A DNA stretch of 12,635 nucleotides, from NCBI GenBank assembly GCA_001742785.1, contig MCBF01000001.1, positions 281,454-294,088 of the forward strand, given 5' to 3'. Source of the stretch: Candidatus Altiarchaeales archaeon IMC4 (GTDB lineage: Archaea > Altiarchaeota > Altiarchaeia > IMC4). Shown piece after piece: positions 6,038-12,635 of this stretch. Both the position numbers and the translations under genes were made by a program. A model generated the notes under the pieces. That model did no database searches and was not told where the DNA came from. It worked only from the letters and a program-made list of their open reading frames with translations. Position 1 is the first letter of the stretch. Each line of letters starts with the position of its first letter.

Positions 6038-6106
6038 TTCAGCAACTTTAAGAGCCCCTCAATTGTAAGTTCTGCCCGCCTAACCGTAGCAGAAACCACA
6101 CCCTCG

Positions 6107-9100
6107 CTAAATCAACCCCCCACAGCTTCCCGCGCCAAAAACGCGGTTGCAGATGGTTTCGTAAAGAACCTCTACAAGTGTGAAGGCAATCGCTATGACG
6201 ATCAAGCCTAAAATCACAAAGGCAATCCCCCGTTTCGCATCAGCTCTCGCCTCCGGGCTGTCGGCCGTCAGCCACCTGAATCCGTGGAAGGTTATCATCA
6301 GCGCGGCAATCCCTGCGGCGACGGCGTAGAGTATTTTGATTACGTAGGAAATCGTGCTGGCAACGTTGCACTCGGCTTCGCATTTGTTTATGCACGACCG
6401 GTCGGTTCTGCAGTTTCTTCCTGAGATGCACGCCTCTTTGCACCCTGCCGGGTCAACGGTTTTGTAGCCGCAGACCTCGCCGGCATTTATCTGTTGATTC
6501 TCCTTATCGGTTCCCAGTGGGCACGTACATCCCCTTTTGCAGTTGCACTGGTTAAATGGGCCCTGTGTGGTTTTGTGGCACTCGCCGCCGCAGTTTTTGT
6601 CGGGGCCTACCGATTCGCCTTCCTGATAACTGTTAGCCGGACAATTGCACCCGCTCATGCAGTTGCACGTTTCACTTAGTCCAAGGCTCTTTACACACAG
6701 CCCGCCGCAGTTTTTATTTATGGAAACCTGACTGTTTGCATATCTGCAATTTTGACCGCACGTGCACCCGCCAAGTGAAGCCCTGCACTGGCAGGTTGCG
6801 TAGCAGTCTATCAGCACTGGAGCGCACATAACACATGAACCTGAACAGCACTCCTTACCAATTCCGCAATAATCGCTTATCGGATCCGTGTTGCACTTAT
6901 AATCTGATGCGCAGCATGTTTTAGAACAACCCTCAGTCCCAGCCGCACACGAAGGATGATTATTGTCCGCACCAAATTTTGTGCACATATCCTTTGAACT
7001 GAAAACATTATTGCTATTGCCGTCGGCGCAGCACCAGCGGCCGGCAGGCGCTATCGTATTCCCACACATGCACCTATTGTTGTTCTTGGCGAAGCATGCA
7101 GGTTCTCTGCAGATTGGCAGGAGTACGCAGGTTTTGCCATCAGGAGCAGGTTCGTAGCCGCTTGGGCACCCGCACATCCCGGAGTCATCCACTATTCTTC
7201 CATGTACATCGCAGTATTTTGGTTGAGGACTGACGCATTTACCTTTTTGGGAACAAGCATCAGCGCAAGACGTACAACAGACATCGCCACCCAGGTCATA
7301 ATAATCCTTGCAGAATCTATCAAAACTGGTTGCTGCTGCATCGCTTGCGCATTTATCGCAGCATTGCCTATTCCCCTTTTTATAGCAAACCTCCGTGCCA
7401 TCTGGCGCAACTGACACGTCGCATTGTTTTTCCTCGCATACACCGTCTATATCGCACACCTTTATTTTTACAGTAAAGCTCGCTGTTGATGGCGGTAGAT
7501 TGATGAGCCCCAGCTGGACAGCGCTACAATAAAGTATCGGTGACGATTGTCTGCTTATCGTCCACCCTGAAGAAGAGGATGGTTTGCAGTCAATGTAATA
7601 CCTCAAATCTTCAGGTTTGCCATCCGGGTCGCGGGCATTTACCGTGAAATCCACACCTGTAGGAGCATCCCCTTCAATGGTTTCCCTGCCTATAACATTG
7701 GGGCTTACACACCTATTTCCACCGATGATTTCGGGTTTTGCCTTTACGGTTACAAAATGCTCTTTTGTATCAGAAAGCCGACAAAACGTGGATCCGCTCG
7801 TTTCAGCTACGGAAACAACGATACTATGCATGCCGGGGTTGTTATACGTGCAGACTGCTGTATAGGTGGTACTCCTGTAATTGTTTGCGTCTATCGGATT
7901 ACCTTTGAGAGCACAAGACCCCCCACCCGACCCATCCTGGCAGGTATACGTACACTGAAATGAATCATATATATCATCAGACGTACTGCTGGTCGCCCCA
8001 TCTAATCGTTTTTTATCCCTCACATTTATCGTAAACTCCACAGCCCCGGGATTTAGTTTTTTGTCCGACGCAGGGGTTATCTCAGTTATCTCTGGCGGCT
8101 CATTTGGGAAATCGTTTGTGCCAATCAGGGTTATCTGAAATGTCCCCTCTGCAGAGCGGGATTTGCCGCACACGCCGCCCTCATCTGCCACGCGGACGGT
8201 TGCACTTATCGGACCGGCGGGTGGACTGTTGTAGTTGTTGAACGAACAGGAAACGGTATTAGTTTTAGCATTTGTAATGTCGCACGTGTTCCCATCTGAA
8301 AAATCAATCGAGTATCTGAGATTGCTTGATTCGGCATCCGATACCTGTACCTTAAAGTTTGTCAGTGTCTTTATCTTAGCCTCGCAGGGTAAAAAACTTT
8401 CTATTTGGGGGGGCTTAATATTGTTGTTTGTTTTGATGATGAAATTTTGGAATATAGGGGAACAGCAGATATTGCCATCATCGTCAGCATTATTACAACC
8501 CCTAAGAATATATTTAATTTTTATTTTTGGGTGATACTCCTTATTCGCTGATGAATAGGTATGGATTATTTTAATTGGTCCACTAACAGTCCCGGAGTTC
8601 TGCCATGTTGGGTTTGCGTCATTCCATGGGGTATCTCCCCAATTAATCCAATAGTCATACGGATCATATTGGCCATCAACACTCGAAAAACCGAAATCTA
8701 TTGTAAATTCAACGGGAAGGTTAGGGGCAACTGTGATAGAATCCATATCGGACGTATAGTAATCCTCTTGTTCCGGCGACCCCTCTGATCTAGGACAAAT
8801 GCTAAATGCTAAGTCATCTACCGCAAGCACGTTTTCCCCAACGCCCACAATAGGCCTTACTTCATTTGCTTTGCTGCTTCTTATACCGCCTGAATCTTCC
8901 GCCCACACCTGCACAATATAATTTTTGGGCTCGCAATATACGTGCTCAAGACATCTACTATAAATCGCGTTATGGCCGTTATTGCCAGAAGAAAAGCCAC
9001 CGTACTCCGTCGTTTCAGATTGGCCGTCGCCCCAATTTATTATAAACCTTATCTTATTGTCAGTATCACTCCCGTATCGTTCATCATCCTTCGCAGACAC

Positions 9101-9526
9101 CCAGAAATGGGAAATACTGCACGCCTTAAGCTGTTCTGATGCGAGTCCAGCATTGCCACAACTGATAGGGTGATAGGCAATCGCTATCATTTCAGGCGCC
9201 ATGTTCTCATATCGGCACTTGTCTGTTGTAGCACTGCCTTCTACCTTATCGCAGTATTTGCTGGCGCACCAATCGCTTTGCCACTGACCGCCGTATTTAC
9301 AGTTTTTAGTGTCTTTTATACACCCTGTCTTATCCGGATAATCAAGGTCACCGATACCAACTACATCCGTATATGGCGGGCAATCCGAGCATGAAAAACT
9401 GCAGATGCACTTATCTATCGAATCATCAATTTGGTCGCAGTCGGAACTCCAGTCCACTGCAGAACACGAAATACTCATAGAAAGCAAAACCCCCAGAACA
9501 AAAAGAGCGTTAAAACAAAATCTCAT
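6107..9526 (-). CDS. Large secreted Cys-rich surface protein with PKD/Ig-like domains and a C-terminal TrbC/VirB2-like pilin domain
   Basis: N-terminal signal peptide; PKD-like motifs INWGDG, YWINWGD, IDFSDG; EGF-like CGCPSGYEPAPDGKTC; Cys-rich repeats; C-terminal two-helix domain ILYAVAAGIAALMITFHGFRWLTADSPEARADAKRGIAFVILGLIVIAIA. Confidence 0.8.
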   Translation of the reverse strand: MRFCFNALFVLGVLLSMSISCSAVDWSSDCDQIDDSIDKCICSFSCSDCPPYTDVVGIGDLDYPDKTGCIKDTKNCKYGGQWQSDWCASKYCDKVEGSATTDKCRYENMAPEMIAIAYHPISCGNAGLASEQLKACSISHFWVSAKDDERYGSDTDNKIRFIINWGDGQSETTEYGGFSSGNNGHNAIYSRCLEHVYCEPKNYIVQVWAEDSGGIRSSKANEVRPIVGVGENVLAVDDLAFSICPRSEGSPEQEDYYTSDMDSITVAPNLPVEFTIDFGFSSVDGQYDPYDYWINWGDTPWNDANPTWQNSGTVSGPIKIIHTYSSANKEYHPKIKIKYILRGCNNADDDGNICCSPIFQNFIIKTNNNIKPPQIESFLPCEAKIKTLTNFKVQVSDAESSNLRYSIDFSDGNTCDITNAKTNTVSCSFNNYNSPPAGPISATVRVADEGGVCGKSRSAEGTFQITLIGTNDFPNEPPEITEITPASDKKLNPGAVEFTINVRDKKRLDGATSSTSDDIYDSFQCTYTCQDGSGGGSCALKGNPIDANNYRSTTYTAVCTYNNPGMHSIVVSVAETSGSTFCRLSDTKEHFVTVKAKPEIIGGNRCVSPNVIGRETIEGDAPTGVDFTVNARDPDGKPEDLRYYIDCKPSSSSGWTISRQSSPILYCSAVQLGLINLPPSTASFTVKIKVCDIDGVCEEKQCDVSVAPDGTEVCYKKGNRQCCDKCASDAAATSFDRFCKDYYDLGGDVCCTSCADACSQKGKCVSPQPKYCDVHGRIVDDSGMCGCPSGYEPAPDGKTCVLLPICREPACFAKNNNRCMCGNTIAPAGRWCCADGNSNNVFSSKDMCTKFGADNNHPSCAAGTEGCSKTCCASDYKCNTDPISDYCGIGKECCSGSCVMCAPVLIDCYATCQCRASLGGCTCGQNCRYANSQVSINKNCGGLCVKSLGLSETCNCMSGCNCPANSYQEGESVGPDKNCGGECHKTTQGPFNQCNCKRGCTCPLGTDKENQQINAGEVCGYKTVDPAGCKEACISGRNCRTDRSCINKCEAECNVASTISYVIKILYAVAAGIAALMITFHGFRWLTADSPEARADAKRGIAFVILGLIVIAIAFTLVEVLYETICNRVFGAGSCGGLI

Positions 9527-9580
9527 ATAAATTATACATTTTGAAATAATAAATAGAGTATTCCCAATACTTAAAAAACA

Positions 9581-9925
9581 ATGAGACTAAAAACAAGTAA
9601 GAGGGGTATCAAAGAGATAGAATACCTCCTCCCGAAAATAAAACAGCACATGGTGGATACATACGGTGGTAGATTAGAGTCCGTTGTTCTTTTTGGTTCG
9701 TTTGCCAAGAACAATGCCACATCCGGCTCAGATATTGACATAGCCATAATTCTTAAGGGGGATGTAAACACTTCGAGAGAGATAGATAGGATTATCGGGT
9801 TTATCAGCGACACTGGGTTGGAGCACGATGAGCTCATATCAATTCTTCCGGTTTCTTCGGATGACATTGACAACTCGGCATGGCCGCTTTATAAAAGCCT
9901 ACGGGAAGAGGGGGTGGCAATATGA
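9581..9925 (+). CDS. Minimal nucleotidyltransferase (MNT) antitoxin
   Basis: VVLFGSFAKNNATSGSDIDIAII (GS-x10-DxD); typical C-terminus LREEGVAI. Confidence 0.92.
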   Translation: MRLKTSKRGIKEIEYLLPKIKQHMVDTYGGRLESVVLFGSFAKNNATSGSDIDIAIILKGDVNTSREIDRIIGFISDTGLEHDELISILPVSSDDIDNSAWPLYKSLREEGVAI

Positions 9926-10311
9926 ACGAAGTAAAGGAACTTATCAAGAGGGCCAACAAATATGTAGAATCTGCCGAATTGCTTTTGAATAGCGGCGACT
10001 TCGATTCTTCGATTTCAAGGGCGTATTATGCCATGTTTTTTGCAGCAGAGGCCTTGCTGTTGACAAAGGAATTGAAATTTTCTTCCCATAGAGGTGTCAT
10101 TTCCGCATTCGGTCAGCACTTCGTTAAAACAGGAATTTTTCCAAAAGAAATGAATAGGTGGCTCTATGATGCTTTTGAGAAAAGACAGGCGGGGGACTAT
10201 TCGTTTCGGTCGGTAATCAATGGAGATACCGCTAAAGAGTCATTGACAAACGCAAGAGGGTTTATCGGCGAGATCACCACGTATTTGCGCAATGGGTTAT
10301 ATGATGTATGA
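9922..10311 (+). CDS. HEPN-domain protein (MNT-HEPN pair)
   Basis: SRAYYAMF, SSHRGVISAF, RQAGDY; ATGA overlap with the MNT gene. Confidence 0.92.
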   Translation: MNEVKELIKRANKYVESAELLLNSGDFDSSISRAYYAMFFAAEALLLTKELKFSSHRGVISAFGQHFVKTGIFPKEMNRWLYDAFEKRQAGDYSFRSVINGDTAKESLTNARGFIGEITTYLRNGLYDV

Positions 10312-10329
10312 ACCTCTCATGGTGTGAAC

Positions 10330-11034
10330 ATGGCAACATTCTCCGTCGTTCTGGTGGAACCAAGGTACCAGGGAAACATAGGCTCCGTCGCGAGGGTCAT
10401 GAAGAATTTCGGCTTCAGGAATCTCGTGATGATAAACCCCCCTGAGGTCGAAAGCGAGGCGCGGGCGTATGCAGCGCACGCTCAGGAACTCCTGAAAGGG
10501 GCTGTCATCCTGAAAGATTTTTCACAGCTCAAAATTCGGTTTGACTTTCTGGTCGCAACCACCGCGCAGGTTGCCAGCGACAAAAACTCCCTGAGGACAC
10601 CGGTTCTGCCGGATGACCTGAAAAACGCCGCAGCCTTGGACGGCGACGTTGCCCTGATATTCGGCCGCGAGGACTACGGCCTGTATAACGAAGAGATTGC
10701 GGCATGCGACCTTCTGGTTTCCATACCCGCGGACTCGCAATACCCGACACTGAATCTCTCGCAATCGGTCGCCATTCTCCTGTACGAACTTTCAAAACCG
10801 GAAAACTCAAAACGGCTGCGCTCCATGAGGAAATGCAGGAAGGCAAACAAAATCGAAAAAGACGTCCTTCTGAAAAACATCGACGAACTGGTTGACAAGA
10901 CCTACGGCCAGGAGTTCGAGGGCAGGCTGGCGAAAAAGACATTCAGGCAGATTATCGGCAGGGCGTTCATCTCGGGCAGGGAGGCGTTCACGCTGGTCGG
11001 GCTGTTCAAGAGGATTGGCAGGCCGCAGAAGTAG
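10330..11034 (+). CDS. trmJ: SPOUT RNA methyltransferase, TrmJ/LasT (TrmH group 1) family
   Basis: VVLVEP...GNIGSVARVMKNFG, ALIFGREDYGL, YPTLNLSQSVAILLYE. ATG at 10330 (GTG at 10324 is possible). Confidence 0.88.
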   Translation: MATFSVVLVEPRYQGNIGSVARVMKNFGFRNLVMINPPEVESEARAYAAHAQELLKGAVILKDFSQLKIRFDFLVATTAQVASDKNSLRTPVLPDDLKNAAALDGDVALIFGREDYGLYNEEIAACDLLVSIPADSQYPTLNLSQSVAILLYELSKPENSKRLRSMRKCRKANKIEKDVLLKNIDELVDKTYGQEFEGRLAKKTFRQIIGRAFISGREAFTLVGLFKRIGRPQK

Positions 11035-11108
11035 TGGCTTTTTAATAAGTGCCGCATAATAATTATTTCTTACTGACGACCCAGAACGAGGGACATCAAA
11101 CCAAAAAA

Positions 11109-11582
11109 ATGGCACACGGCGACAGAAAAACCAGAAAGAAGCGCGGCACACGCTCATGCGGGTGGGGCAATACGCAGAAGCATAGGGGCTCGGGAAGCCG
11201 CGGCGGTGTCGGCATGGGCGGCGGAAAGAAGCAGAAGTGGCACCATACATCCAAGTTCATGCCCGACCATTACGGCGGCACTGGGTTCAAAAGGCCCGAT
11301 TCCATGATATACGATGACGAGACGATAAACGTCGCGGACATCGAGGAGCGCATAGACGGCTGGGTTTCAAAAGGCACCGCAAAATCCGACAAGAAAAAGT
11401 ATTCGCTGAACCTCGCCGAGATGGGCATCGACAAACTTTTAGGCTCAGGCAGGATAACAAGGGCGGTCGAGATAACCGTTGACAAGTGCACGGACCGGGC
11501 GAAGGAGAAGATAGAGGGGGCCGGAGGGAAGGTTATCGTTCTTGAAGCGGCCGAGACAGAGGTCAAGGAGACCAAGGCATAA
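11109..11582 (+). CDS. rpl15: 50S ribosomal protein uL15 (archaeal L15)
   Basis: KTRKKRGTRSCGWG..QKHRGSGSRGG.G..G, GF.RP, KLLGSG, AKEKIEGAGGKV. ATG at 11109. Confidence 0.96.
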   Translation: MAHGDRKTRKKRGTRSCGWGNTQKHRGSGSRGGVGMGGGKKQKWHHTSKFMPDHYGGTGFKRPDSMIYDDETINVADIEERIDGWVSKGTAKSDKKKYSLNLAEMGIDKLLGSGRITRAVEITVDKCTDRAKEKIEGAGGKVIVLEAAETEVKETKA

Positions 11583-11691
11583 TCTAGATAAGCATTCGAT
11601 TAATCCAATTATTTGAGGAATTATTCAAACCCCTCAAATGTTTAATTTGGCATCTTAAACTAAAGACGAAATGTTTAAGATACGAACTTCT

Positions 11692-11802
11692 ATAACGGTC
11701 GAAAAGTGCAGCGAATCCGCAAGGAAGAAGGTCGAAGGGGCAGGCGGGAAGGTTATCGTCATGGAAGCGGCTGACGAATCGGTTGATGCGGAAGCAGGAT
11801 AA
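11692..11802 (+). pseudogene. rpl15: Divergent rpl15 3' fragment (36 codons plus stop)
   Basis: ITVEKCSESARKKVEGAGGKVIVMEAADESVDAEAG* aligns without gaps to ITVDKCTDRAKEKIEGAGGKVIVLEAAETEVKETKA*. Confidence 0.9.
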
Positions 11803-11928
11803 GCGGGCTGGGTTCGGCAAATTGTGGTATATAATCCGCAATTGTATATAATCTATATGCGAACAGGTTTATACCGCCGGTTGTTTTGGGGTGGTTTTTA
11901 ATCTTAAACACCATAAATCTTAAAAAAA

Positions 11929-12171
11929 ATGGAGAGCATGATTATAAAAACATCGCCTATTTTGATGGACGAACTTGACTATGTTGTAGATAAGGAACAT
12001 TACAGAAGTAAATCCGATGCCATAAACGATGCGATTCGTTTTTTCATTAAAAAACACAAGTTGAGTATGGTAGATTGGAAAATTGAGAGGATTAGGGAGG
12101 GGACAGAAGGCCTACCAAGTTTAACCGAAGCGGTTGTAGAGTCCCACGAAGAAGAGGATGAAAGATTATGA
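11929..12171 (+). CDS. Ribbon-helix-helix (CopG/MetJ/Arc) antitoxin
   Basis: LMDELDYVV....YRSKSDAINDAIR RHH signature; ATGA overlap with the PIN gene. Confidence 0.85.
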   Translation: MESMIIKTSPILMDELDYVVDKEHYRSKSDAINDAIRFFIKKHKLSMVDWKIERIREGTEGLPSLTEAVVESHEEEDERL

Positions 12172-12347
12172 TAACTCTGGATGCGAGTGTCGTTGTCAAG
12201 TGGTTCAAAAAAGGCGAGGCGTTTGAGGATGAGGCGTTATGGCTTTATCAAAAAATCAGGGGCTTGGAGATTAATGCCTCTACAAGCGAATGGACGATTT
12301 TAGAGGTAACGCGGGCATTGACAAACTCCTGGGGTCCGGCAGGATAA
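12168..12347 (+). pseudogene. vapC: Truncated PIN-domain (VapC) toxin
   Basis: MITLDASVVVKWFKKGEAFEDEALWLYQKIRGLEINASTSEWTILEVTRAL, then rpl15-derived DNA and a stop at 12345-12347. Only about 50 PIN residues are present. Confidence 0.88.
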
Positions 12348-12472
12348 CAAGGGCGGTCGAGATAATCGTTGACAAGTGCACGGACAGGGCGAAGGAGAAG
12401 ATAGAGGGGGCCGGAGGGAAGGTTATCGTTCTTGAAGCGGCCGAGACGGCAGTCAAGGCAGAAGCCGGATAA
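12313..12472 (+). pseudogene. rpl15: Near-identical rpl15 3' fragment (160 bp; copy of 11423-11582)
   Basis: GIDKLLGSGRITRAVEIIVDKCTDRAKEKIEGAGGKVIVLEAAETAVKAEAG*; same length as 11423-11582, mostly synonymous differences, divergent tail. Confidence 0.95.
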
Positions 12473-12481
12473 TCGGGGCAA

Positions 12482-12634
12482 CTAATCCATGAAAAACTCA
12501 CACCCCCCCGCAATTATCTTTTTCATTTTGGATTTGTTCAATAATTCTTCCTGTTTTTTTGTTAATTCTCCGCCATATTTGCATTCAAGTAATGTGTCCT
12601 CAAAAACAAAATCCAACTCTACACCAGCCTTATA
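12482..12634 (-). CDS. C-terminus of a probable AAA+ ATPase with a DUF4143/PD-(D/E)xK-like tail (partial)
   Basis: Manual translation ...YKAGVELDFVFEDTLLECKYGGELTKKQEELLNKSKMKKIIAGGCEFFMD* shows an E.DF...E.K motif; enters from the window edge. Confidence 0.65.
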   Translation of the reverse strand, partial: YKAGVELDFVFEDTLLECKYGGELTKKQEELLNKSKMKKIIAGGCEFFMD

Positions 12635-12635
12635 G

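Noticed and set aside
12290..12472. 60-aa ORF MDDFRGNAGIDKLLGSG... as a real gene
   Set aside because: Chimera of out-of-frame PIN sequence and the rpl15 3' duplicate.
11423..12472. Diversity-generating retroelement TR/VR pair
   Set aside because: Differences between copies are not adenine-specific and are mostly synonymous; no reverse transcriptase in the window.

Overview
Archaeal genomic window, judged from archaeal-type uL15, TrmJ-like SPOUT, COG4030 HAD protein, MNT-HEPN and BRE/TATA promoters; an Altiarchaeota/DPANN-like lineage is a guess. Housekeeping genes (degenerate TtuA/NcsA-like PP-loop protein, degenerate M50-like membrane protein, COG4030 HAD, MTA phosphorylase, TrmJ, rpl15) and a 1139-aa Cys-rich PKD surface protein ending in a VirB2/TrbC-like pilin domain are interleaved with five toxin-antitoxin-like two-gene modules. 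The most unusual signal is a family of tiny modular hairpin elements with consensus GACAMG-[variable hairpin]-RTGTC (7 copies). Several are bounded by 6-bp direct repeats. They nest to form a 222-bp in-frame insertion in the MTA phosphorylase gene, frameshift an aspartyl protease gene, and sit in a duplicated promoter/leader. Duplicated gene ends also bracket the TA cargo: three stacked rpl15 3' ends, and the first 14 bp of the MTAP gene repeated on the far side of a two-cassette array.
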